This document shows, piece by piece, positions 14,312 through 25,866 of a DNA stretch of 64,000 bases. This DNA comes from Pristiophorus japonicus. Lineage: Eukaryota. Every line of letters begins with the position of its first letter. The first letter of the stretch is position 1. Location: the NCBI RefSeq assembly GCF_044704955.1, contig NC_091984.1, forward strand, positions 147,560,001-147,624,000. Reading direction: 5' to 3'. A program made the position numbers and the translations under genes. Below the pieces are notes generated by a model. The model was not told the origin of the DNA and did no database searches. It was given only the letters and a program-made list of their open reading frames with translations.

Positions 14312-17300
14312 CTGATCTGGCGGGCCGTAACGGGGGATTTCTCATTCTCAAATGCCTCCATGACCATAAGCAAGTCCGCTGGCTGTGCCATTTCCACCCC
14401 AGTGGTGGGCAATGGTAGCCGACTGAGAGCATCTGTGCAGTTCTCTGTGCCCGGTCTGTGGCGAATTACACAGTTGCATGGCAACAGTATGAGCGCCTAT
14501 CTTTGGATTCGGGCAGAGGCATTGGTATTGATCCTTTGCTCTCTGAGAATAGCGAAATGAGCGGCTTGTGATCTGTTTCAAGTTCGAACGTCAGGCCAAG
14601 CAAGTACTGGTGATTTTTTTTACCCTGTAAACACACGCCAGAGTCTCTTTTTCAATCATGCTGTAGGCCCCTTCAGCCTTGGACAAACTCCTAGATGCAT
14701 ATGCAACCGGTTGCAAAATCCCCAATTCATTAGCCTGTTGTAACACACACCCAGCCCTGTATGACGACGCATCGCAAGCTAACACTAGTCGTTTCCATGG
14801 GTTATACAGGACAAGCAGTTTGTTAGAACACAGTAAATTTCTGGCTTTCTTAAAAGCAGCCTCTTGTGAATTCCCCCATACCCAGTCGTCTCCCCTGCGC
14901 AGTAGCGCATGCAAGGGTTCTAGTAGGGTGCTTAACCCAGGTAGGAAATTACCGAAGTAGTTCAGGAGTCCCAGAAACGACGGCAGTTCTGTGGTCACAG
15001 CGTGTTCTTGATGGCCTCCGTCTTGGCGTCGGTCGGTCTGATGCCATCTGCTGCGATCCTTCTTCCTAATAATTCAACCTCCTGTGCCAGGAATACACAC
15101 TTTGAGCGTTTCAACCTGAGCCCCACGCGATCCAACCGACTAAGAACCTCATCCATAGTGCTCCATAGTGTCCCAACCTGTAACCAATATGTTGTCCTGG
15201 AAGACCAGTGTACAAGGAACCGACTTTAGCAGGCTTTCCATGTTTTGCTGGAAGATTGCTGCAGCCGACCGAATCCCGAACGGGCAACCGGTTCTAAATA
15301 AATAGACCTTTGTGCGAGTTGATGCAGGTGGGGCCTTTTGAAGACTCCTCCAGCTCCTGCATCATGTAGGCCGAGGTCAGGTCCAGCTTGTGAACGTCTT
15401 CCCTCCAGCAAGGTCGCAAATAGGGCGTCTGCCTTGGGTAGCGAAAAACGGTTAATTGTTACTTTATAGTCACCGCAAATTCTAACTGTACTGTTCTCCT
15501 TGAGTATGGGAACAATCAGGCCGGCCCAGTGTTGAATCCCACCGGCGCGATGATGCCCTCACGTTACAGGTCCAGCTCGATTTCCACTTTTTCACGCTTC
15601 ACCTACGGTACCGCCTGAGCCTTGTGGTGGATCGGTCGCGTACCAGGAACCAAATGGATCTGCACTTGCGCCCCCGAGAAATTTCCAATGCCTGGCTCGA
15701 ATAATGATGAGAACTTGCTTAGAATCTGGGTACATGCGGTGTCATCAACTGACGAAAGTGCTCGGATGTCGTCCCAGTTCCAGCGGATTTTCTCCAGCCA
15801 GCTTCTGCCAAATAACGTGGGGCCATCCCCTGGCACAATCCATAGCGGGAGTTCGTGTACTGCTCCATTATAGGAGACTTTGACTTCAGCACTGTCAATT
15901 ACCGAGATTAGTTCCTTTGTATAAGTTCTTAACTTCGTGTGAATGGGGCTGAGCTTGGGCCTGTGTGCAATGGCTGCAGAACAATGGGACACTTCCAACG
16001 AATGTGCAGGTGAGCTACAAACCCTGCAAACCCTGCAAATTACCACGTTGCAGAGGAAGATCGGTCCACAGTGGAGCAGACGGATCTGGGTGCCTTCTTC
16101 CCCCACAGCCTGTCGAAGGCTGTTTTACTCATTATGGACTGACTTTCTCCCGTGTCCAGCTCCATTGACACTGGAATACCGTTCAGTTCAACTTTCAACA
16201 TTATTGGTGGGCATTGCGTCGTGAACGTGTGTAAACCATACACCTCTGCCTCCTCAGTATGAGTTTTCAATTCCATTTATCCACTGTGGACCAATCTTCC
16301 TCTGCAACGTGGTGGTTTGCAGGGTTTGCAGCTCGTCTGCACATTCGTTGGAGGTGTCCCATTGTTCTGTAACCATTGCTTACATAGTGCTTAAAGCGGC
16401 ATTGATGGGGCCGATGATCACCTCCGCAGCACCAACAGGGTGTTAACTGCCTCGCATTAACAGATGATGACGGATTCTGGGTCAATTGAGGTCAGGCCAC
16501 AGCAGCCAGTGTGTACATTCTGCCATGTACATTTCTGCTCAAAACTGACGTTACTTTATGCACAGTACTGGCCAAAACTTCTTTGTTCTGCGAAATCTGC
16601 TTGGTGTTGTCGCTGGTGGACATAAATGCTTAGGCTATCGTTATGGCTTTATTCAGATTCGCAGTTTCTACAGTCAACAAGCTTGCGAAGGATTGTTTCA
16701 TGTCCAATGCCCACCACAAAAAAGTCTCTGAGCATTTGTTCTAGGAATCCCTCAAACTCACAATGTTCTGCAAGGTGCCTTAGTTCGGTGACGTAGCTTG
16801 CCACTTCCTGGTCCCCTGATCGTTGACACGTGTAGAACCGATATCTCACCGTCAAAAGGCTTTCCTTAGGATTTAGGAACTCCCGGACCAGCGTACACAG
16901 TTCTTCATAGGATTTATCTGTTGGTTTAGCCGGGGCCAGGAGATTCTTCATGAGGCCATAGGTAGTGGCCCTACAGACGGTTAGGAGGATCGCCCTTCGT
17001 TTGGTCACGTTCTCGTCCCCTTCCAGCTTGTTGGCTAAGAAGTATTGGTCGAGTCTCTCCACATAGTCCTCCCTATCATCCCCCTCCGAGAACTTCTCCA
17101 GGGTGCCAACTGTTCTTTGCATTTACACGCGGTTCGTTATCTTGTCACCAATTGTTATGCTCATAATAAATGCTCAGACCGATTACTGCGTGTAATGAGC
17201 AAGTGTGACCTTAGCTCCTTTATTGTAGTTCCAGAGTGCAGGTACCTCGTGGGTGGCCTGCTTATATACTGTACTGCCAAGAGATGCTGGGATCCCTTGG

Positions 17301-17589
17301 GACTCCAACAGGTAGGCCCTCTGGTGGGCAGGTGTGATGCAAGTTACAATGTTAAAAGGGGTCAAATACATAACAACAATGCTCCTGTGAAGCACTCAGG
17401 GAGTTTTACTGTGTTAAAGGTGCTGTATAAAAGTTGCTGTTGTTGTTTGTTCTGAGTTAGCTGTTCCAACTGAGGTCGGGATATGACTCACAGCTCAGAC
17501 TGTGCGGCATCCAGTGATGCAATGTTGTATCGTGGGTTCAAGCCCCACTCCAGGGACCTGAGTGCAAAATAAAGACATGCACTACTGTG

Positions 17590-17831
17590 CAGTCCTGAGG
17601 GAGTGCTGCAGTGTCAGAGGGGCAGTACTGAGGGAGTGCTGCACTGTCAGAGGGGCAGTACTGAGGGAGTGCCACACTGTCGGAGGAGCAGTAATGAGGG
17701 TGTGCTGCACTGTCAGAGGGGCAGTACTGAGGGAGTGCTATATTGTCGGAGGGGCAGTTCTGAGGGAGTGCTGCACTGTCAGAGGACAGTACTGAGGGAG
17801 TGCTGCACTGTCGGCGGGGCAGTACTGAGGG
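17590..17831 (+). repeat. 33-bp minisatellite (about 7 copies) amplified inside a SacSINE1-like SINE head
   Basis: Unit CAGTACTGAGGGAGTGCTGCACTGTCRGAGGGG; the same motif is single-copy in the SINE at 38093-38388. Confidence 0.85.
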
Positions 17832-17837
17832 GTTGCC

Positions 17838-19744
17838 TGTAGGTGGTTCTCTCAGCCGTACAAAAAACGCACCTCCTACTACAAGTTCTGGACGATAGGG
17901 ATTATATGGATAGATGAGACTTGGACACACGTTTTTCGGGTTCAACCGTATTGTGTTGAATAAGATGAACAACACCACTCATAAACAGTGCAAAATAGTA
18001 CAACCCTGGCTTGTCCAATAAGCCCTGCCGTGCTAAGTTAGCACAGCTTAATAAAAGGACCCTCCCATGAAATAAACGAACACAGGACCCCCCCTTGGGT
18101 TTGGTTGGGACTTACAATCACCCCCTCACACAGTTAAGTGGTCTTGTGGATGTGTAGGCGCAGGTAATATGCTCACACGGATTGCCCGTTGTCTTGCTTG
18201 CAGCTTCTTCCTGAACATCTCACTCCTGGGCTTTTTCATGGCTTTTTCCTGGGCTTTTCTGAAGCTTTTACCTGAGCTTTTACCTGAGCTTTTTCCTGGG
18301 CTTTTTCCTGGGCTTTGTCCTGGGCTTTTTCCGGAGCGTTCTTCCTCCTGAGCTGGAGTTTGTTGCAAAGTGGCTCCTTATATCCCCAAAACTCATCACC
18401 TTTCCTCCCGCCAATACTGACCGATGGATTGACTACGGTGATTTGTCTGGATCCCCTCTCCCCGTAGAGCCTTTGATTCTTTGTGAAAAATGATGTTTTA
18501 TTTTCCCGCTCCCAGACCTTGCGTCTGGAGAGACAATGGGTGCTGATTACTGGATGTCTGTCGTTTCCTGAGTTGATGGCCCCCATTAGCAGGTAATGGG
18601 TTTCGATCACAAACCGATCTTGCTTAACCGGCTTATCTCCTGGAAGACAATGGGCCGGCCATTTCCTGCCTTGCACCAGTTTGGGTTGGGACTGAGTTGT
18701 GACTGTGCTTTAATAATGCGAAGGCACAGTGTCTCTGAGTTACCTCTCGGGGTATTGTTCCCAGGAATCACTTTAGATGGTGATGACATCAATGGGCCTG
18801 GGTTCCCTGCCACCCAGCCTGTCAGTGTGAAATGTCCGGTTGGATATGAATGCAGCTAAGTGCCACCCCACAAGCTCGCCAAACAGTACAGTTCTTTCTT
18901 GTGAATCTGGATTTAAGGATTTAAAGTATTGTTGATAGAAATAGCCAGAAAGTTGGGGCTACAATCCCCCCGCTGATATTTTGTCACCAAAACCAGAAAT
19001 ATCTCGAATTGCGTCGTCTTCTGCTGTGGGAGGTGCATTGTGGGTCCATTGCTGATCAATTACACCCGGGCTCCCGTTTCTTCTGATTTCCTGATTAAGA
19101 CAAACATAACAACACCACCGTTCTGTGAGCGGTTTTCCCCTCCACAGGTTGGGCTTTCATTATTTACATATATATACAGTTCGTTCAGGTGTTATCGAAT
19201 GCCCCAGTTAAAATCTCTCCTGTTGGGGCATCTTGCGGCTCACAGCCAGTGAGTAAGGAGGCGTCCACGGCGCCCTAGGCCATGGTATCCGACTGTTTCT
19301 CCTTACCGTCTCGCCCTCTGGGTCATCAGCATCGTCCCACACCATGGGAGGAAGACCTGCATCCACCAGGCTCATTATCATGCCCTGGTTTCTCTTTGCC
19401 TTTGTCTTCCCCCCATCGGGGTTAAACAACTTACATTGGTTGATATGGCAGCATTTTGTATGTTTCGGGAGTCTGACTGCATATCCCATGGGGCTGGCCT
19501 TATCTACGATGTTATAAGGCCCCATGTACAGTGGCTCGAATGCCCCCACTCGGGCACAGTTCCTGAACATTACCTGGTCTCCCACCTTCCACTCGTGACT
19601 TTTCCGGGGCTCGAGTAGCAACCGATGTTTCCCGGTGCTGGTTCCTCAGGTTACTGGCTGCCTGCCAGTGAATCTGTTTTCAAACATCAAACAGATTCTG
19701 GACAAACCTGTCCCGGTTTACCTCACGGTCATGAGCTCATGTGA
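17838..19744 (-). mobile_element. Retrovirus-like element X: 1.13-kb 3' LTR (17838-18963), PPT and integrase C-terminus
   Basis: Minus-strand GCGGGGGGAT|TGTAGC...CCTACA. ORF 19208-19621 (VGDQVM..EPLYMGPY..HINQCK) is paralogous to 22090-22515. Confidence 0.75.
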
Positions 19745-20798
19745 TGTAGGGGGTTGGTTTTCCATGCTACTCTGATTCATAGACCTCAGGAATTACAGGA
19801 AAGACTCCACGTAATGCAAAGTTTAGGCTTAAACCCAACTGTTATTTTGTGACACAAAAAACAGCTAAACATTACAGAACAAGACTTCTTAGAGATTGAC
19901 CGAAGACATACAATCGCCCATCCAGCCAGTTGCTACTGTTGTCCATTGTCGGCTCGTGGAGCGAGGGAAGGTGTTGTGGCCCTGCTGCTGCTTCGTGGCT
20001 TTAGTTCATTGACCTGCTGGTCTGAGAAGTTTCTTCGATCTGTTCTTCCTCTCTCTGAACCTTTGTTCTCAGCTCTTACAGATATATCCATTCGATTATA
20101 CACATCTCCTGCTGGGCTGCCTTTCAGTTAATGCAGCTGGATGAGTCTCGATGGCTGTGGTGATGGGTCTGAATCTGTTCGGACGGCTACAATTCACACA
20201 TGGAATCAACGGGGCAAAAGATAACTGCTTATCTTTTGAGCCCCGTTATCCAAGAATGCACGCCTTGTGGGATCCTTTATTGTCCTGGGTTTTTGCAGAC
20301 TTGGAGTCTCCAGAGGGAACTGGTTTTCCCCTCCGGCCAATGGGCTCCTCTGCTTGATTGTATCAAACCCTTTGTCTCGATGTTAATCGGGTCTCGCTGC
20401 TGACCCCAGAAATCACATTAATCAGTGATCAGTCACCACCTGCCCCAGGCTGGTGCTCTTTCTCCTGCCCAACAATCCCAAAAGTTTTCTTTTAAGCCAT
20501 TTTAGTCCATGGCCTCTTGCTGTACATCGATCATGAAACATATAACCTTTACACTTCCCCCTTTAATATGTCTTGTTATAAACTCAGAGATATTACACTA
20601 GGTGGCATCTTCTTCTTTCCATTGAGCTCTTTTGGGTGTATTGCAGTCTTCAGTCAAATCTCCATATTACATACCTTTTACAACAAAACAATGTTTGGCC
20701 TTAATCCATCTGACTTCAGTTTTTATTTTTACAAACACTTTTGCCTTGGTTGATTTTAATAACCCTTCAAGATTCCCTTCCCTCATCTTTTGCTTTAA

Positions 20799-21867
20799 TT
20801 AACAGGACAAGACGAATAGATACAACACTATTACCAACTGTACAATTACTAACAAGTGTGATACAATTCGAACCCAGGAGGGGATCTCAATATTGAGTCC
20901 CACATCCCACTGTGGAGGGGCAATCATTTCTTCAATTTCCGCCCTTACTTTTTCGTTCTTTTGGTGTAACATGTAATAATGTTTCTGGGACAACTCGATG
21001 TTCTTTAACAGTTCAGTCAAATATTCGGGTCACGGTGGGATATAGTATCCAACACGCGATATGTATCCCTGGAGGTTCGTAACGTATCATTGACTGTAAT
21101 ACGGATATGTTTGTGGTCTGAGATCGGAATTATTCTTTCTTGTGCTACTTGTGCCTCTACCTGGGGTTTGAAACAAAAGGATGAATCTTTCAGCATTTTA
21201 GGGAGAGGTTTTAATCTGCTTGCTATCAGTTCGGTCGCATTTACTGCCTTTGGTCAAGATCACACAGGAATCAAAACCCTGCGTCCAATTCATTCCTGAC
21301 CCGGAATCCTGCCATTGTCATTTAAAAACAATCCCCACACCTCCCCTGCACTTGTGGCTAGATCCAACCACACAGACATAAATCCCTTGTTCCTCCTTCC
21401 ACCACTTTTCCCAACACTATTTCGCCCCTTCTCTTGTTCCTGTGGTCCGCCTGTTTGAGTTATTACCCAGTTTCTCCCATTCTGTGGATGCATTAACTTT
21501 TCCCCTGTCTGTTTTCTGTAACCACCACCACCCTCCCATGGGGGTAATCCCTTTGCATTCCAGACAAACTCGTCTCCCCTCTCTCACCCGTACATTCCTG
21601 GCCGTGATGCCTGGGGCAGGACACTGACACCTCCCCAAGTTTACCCTTGGTTTGTCTGGAGTACTTGGTCGAATTTGACCTTAACCACCCTGGCCAGCTC
21701 CCAGTGTGAGCATAGGCGTTTGTGCCCTTGTTGCTCCGTATGGCTCCCCCTTGAGTTACAGTGGGACCGGTTCCTCCCATACACCCATGTGTAAGGAATG
21801 TCTCGGTGTCTCCCCGATCTCCCAATCCTTTAATAATAATGGCCATCCACAGGCCTATCCACAACAT
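20799..21867 (-). pseudogene. env: env-like membrane glycoprotein of element Y (frameshifted, probably internally deleted)
   Basis: Signal-peptide-like MLWIGLWMAIIIKGLG, heptad-like ELLKNIELSQKHYYMLHQKNEKVRAEIEEM, and TM segment WVRIVSHLLVIVQLVIVLYLFVL. Lies between integrase and PPT, with a splice acceptor at 21902. Confidence 0.72.
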
Positions 21868-22089
21868 CCACCTCCTCTCGTACCCTTGGCTCGATTCGCT
21901 CCTATAAAGACAAAAATGAAAGAAATACCTTTGCTCTGTGGGGCCTCCCCCTCACAGGTCCTCCTTCAGTTATTCACAAATGTACATAACTCCTTTTTAC
22001 AATCACTGCTTCCCTCTCCTTTTATCCCGATGCTTGGGCTTACGGAGGCTCGGGGGTGGAGATGGAGGAGGTGTCCAGGGCACCCTAGG

Positions 22090-25000
22090 TCACAGTACCT
22101 GACCACTCCACCTTACTGCTCCGTCCCTTACTTCTCCATCCTCATCATCCCACAGTATTGGTGGGAGGCTGACACTGATCAAACTCATTATTGTTCCTGG
22201 GGCCTTCGCCCGCTTTTTACTTTTCTCTCCGGGGTTGTACAGCTTACACTGGTTTATATGGAACCATTTTATATGTTTTGGCAGCTGGATCGCGTACACC
22301 ATAGGGCTTGCCTTGTCTACAATGCTATATGATCCTTTGTACAATGGTTCAAATGTCGCTATTCTGGTATAATTCCTGACCATTACCTGATCCCCTACCC
22401 TCCATTCCTGTGTAACCCGGAGTTCCAGCAGCAGTTTATCCTGCTGGTGCTCGCTGCCCATATTGTTAGCTGTTTCCCAATGCAGCCCCTTCAGAGTATC
22501 ATACAGATCTGGCAAACATGTCCTGTGTGACCTCTTTAACCTGCGTTTCAGTCAGGACTGGTGCTAGGATATGAGTCGGGATCCTCATTAGTCTCCCTGT
22601 CATCATCGCATGTGGGGAGTGTCCCGTACTCTTAGAGAGACTGGCTCGGTGGCTCATCAGTATTAGGGGTAGGGTCTCATTCCATTTCTTCAGGGTATTT
22701 CCTATCTCCTTCCTAAGCCTCTCTTTTAAGGTCCGGTTTGTCCTCGACTGGATCTAACGATTGGGGGTTATACGCCACATGAAATTTCCCCTGTATCCCT
22801 AACAGCTTTAGGGTGGCCTGCATTACTGCTCCGGTGAAATGACTCCCTTGATCTGATTCCACTATCAGGGGCAGTCCCCATTGAGAAAATACTTCTCGCA
22901 CCAGAATCTTTGCTGTGACTATCGCGGTGGCCCCGACATGGAAAAGCTTCAACCCATTTTGTAAAGAGATGTATTAACACCAAGCACTATTTATTGCCTC
23001 TGCCTGAGGTGGGCAGTGGCCCAATGAAATCTATCTGTATAGATTGCCATGGCCCCTCTACCCTCCTCGTGTGTCCCAACGGAGCCTTCCTCGGTGGGGG
23101 TGTGGATTGTTTGTGGCACATACCAGACAATTCTGGCAATAATCCCTGACATCACTTCTAAGCCCGGGCCACCATCCCACGGCTTCTACTTTATTCCACA
23201 TTGTTTCTGGCCCTGGATGACCAGCTCCTGGACCCACATGCACCAGCTGCAAGAATTCTTCCCTGCACTGCCCTGGCACGCTCCAACTATCTCCATTGAA
23301 CAACATTCCTTGCTTTACTGCTATGTCTGCAACTCCCAAAGGTCCCACTGCAGACTTCGCGTCTATTTTGTCCCTAATCGCTGCTCTAAGGTTTGCATCC
23401 CGTAGCTGAGCCTGTTTTAAATCAGGCGGCAATGGGACTTCTTTGGGCCCCTCGCTGCCTGTTACAGCCGTGATCTCTCCACAGTGACATGGGTCCCAAG
23501 GTGTCCCTTCTCCTGCCCCTGTTTTAGCCAGTGTGTCTGCTTTCTCATTGCCTTCCCACTTGGACTCTGTCTTAGATTGTGCTTTGACCTTTTGGATGTA
23601 GTCACCCTTCTGGTCCGTACCCTTGACGTCCAAAATGACTTTTAACAACAGAACCATCACCAACCATTTTCCGTTTGAGGGCTTAAACTATTGCCTCGCC
23701 AATATGGCTAAATACTCTGTACAGGAGTTAGAAATGAACATGGAGTCTGAACATATCGTATAGGGAGTTGGGAATTCGTTCGGGTGTGTGACTACATACG
23801 CTACCGCTACTAGCTCGGTCTGCTGAGTACTCAAAGTGTTGGGGATTATATGGCTTTCTCTATCACTGACTCTGGATCGTAAATCCCACAGCCTGTCTTT
23901 CTCTCTCTGTTTATTACTGAACTGGACCCATCTACACAGATGTCCCTGCCTGCCGGGTGTTCTCCTGCTCAGAACACTGAACACACATGAGCTGCCCCCG
24001 GATAAACCAGGCTCGGGGCTAGCTTTGGTTCTCCTGGCCTCTCGACCTTCAGGTCTAACTGAGTAAGCAACAATGTCCAGCGGGCAATCCTGTTACTGCT
24101 CACTGTCCCATCTTTCATTCTACCGTCCAGTAGCATTTGTGTCATTGTGTGACAGGTCAGTAAAGTTACTGTAGCTAACCCTGTGAGCGACCGAAAATGC
24201 TTCACTGCCCAAAATATTACTAACAGATGTCGTTCGCAATTCGAAAAGCTCTTTTCTACTTCGGTGAGAACTCGGGAGGCGTAGGCCACCGGTCTCAGCT
24301 TGCTGTGTCGCTCCTGGAGTAACACTGCACTCAAACTGTCCCCAGTCATTGCTACCTCCAGACTAAAGTCCTGGTCCCCATTTACTGCTCCCGATGCTGG
24401 TGCTGTCTGTAACACCTCTTTTAACCAAATGAAAGTTTCCTGACAAGTCTCACTCCATTCCCACTCTACTCCTTTCCTAAGAAGCCTCAACAAAGGAGCT
24501 GCCATGGTTACATATCCCTCTATGAATTCCCTGCAGTGACCCGTTATTCCCAGAAAGACCTTATTCCAGACACGTCCTTAGGAACAGGTAGTTCCTGGAC
24601 TGACTTTCTCTTAGCTCCATCTATGGCTCTCTCTCCTGCCCCAATGGTCAAACCTAGAAACTGCACCTCCTCTTTGCCTATTTGAGCTCTCTGGGGATTT
24701 ACTTTAAAACCTGCTTCTTTCAACAAATGCAGTAACTCACTCAATAATGGCCCGTGGTCCCCCGCACTTTCGGAGAATAACAACAGGTCGTCCACATATT
24801 GGACCAACCGATCTGGCTGACTAAAACCGTTTAATGCCTCGGCCATACTTTGGTGAAAGTTCGAGGGACTGTTGTGAAACCCTTGTGGAAGACATGTCCA
24901 CATATACTGCTGACCTTTAAAGGTAAAGGTAGATTTATACTGGTCCTCCCGTCTCAGGGGAATGGACCAAAACCCGTTTGAAATGTCCAGCACTGTGAAA

Positions 25001-25866
25001 GTTGTTGTGGCCGCAGGGATACTCCCGATCAAATCCGCTACCACTGCTACCGTGGGCGCACAGGCTGGAATATTTTTATTCAGGATTCGGTCATCTACCG
25101 TGGCCCTCCATGAGTTATCGGGCTTCTTTACTGGTCATAGGGGTGAGTTTACATGTATGGCTATGGTCCTCAACACACCTTGATCCACCAGGGAATTTAT
25201 AGCAGTTTCCAAATCCCTTTCTGCTTCCCGGGGAAAATTATACTGTTTCTGGGGTCGTGTCATCGAATCCCCATCTATCTTCACCTCTACCCGAGATACT
25301 TTCCCGCAATCGTGCTTGTGCATTGCAAACGCATCTATATTCTCCCGTACATACCCTTGATACTGGGCCGGAATGTTATCGACTAATCCTTCTAAATCAT
25401 AACTCCCTTTCGGTTTCATCGTGCAGGTGCTGCCTTTGTCTGCACTGTCGCTGGGAATCACTACGATCTCTCCCATCTTATCTGCATCAACTGCCCGCCA
25501 TAGACAATTGTTTTCCATACCCACTAAGGTGTGGTGTGCTAACATGTAGTCGGCCCCGAGAACTCCCAAACCGGGCTGTTCCCACTTCATTAAAATGCCC
25601 TCCCATTTCGTTATGTTCGGTCCTAACTTTACGGTAAAGGGTTTCCACACTGCCCCAGCCTGCTCATTACCCGTAAAACCCACCAGTGTAAATGGGACTC
25701 AGCTCGACCACGCGGAAGTGGTCAGATTCGGTGAGTGGACAACCGTGCTAGAGGCTCCTGTATCTACTAGATCCCTTCTCCTAACTGTTTCCACCTTCAC
25801 ATCCACACATGGCCTGCCCCACCCATCATATATGAGCAGACACAGGTATTCTGGCTGGGCACACCG
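22090..25866 (-). pseudogene. pol: pro-pol of element Y
   Basis: Protease LVDTGAS (about 25750-25770); RT LPQGFHNSP and YVDD (24544-25044); catalytically degenerate RNase H (23969-24505); second RNase H (CVDGSS, QQTEL, CSDS, GNEKAD; about 23530-23945); HHCC integrase and SDQGSHF core. Confidence 0.9.

Larger units (their letters stand above)
7669..17375 (-). mobile_element. Ty3/Gypsy LTR retrotransposon A (degenerate gag-pol), host to nested insertions
   Basis: 223-bp TG..CA LTRs at 7669-7891 and 17153-17375 (about 21 differences by my count). TSD ACAAC/ACAAT. PBS-like TGGTGACAAG at 17150-17141 and PPT at 7892-7903. gag 16649-17122, protease ELDTG 16040-16276, RNase H 14591-14998, integrase 8065-8790 and 13010-13440. 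Confidence 0.93.
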
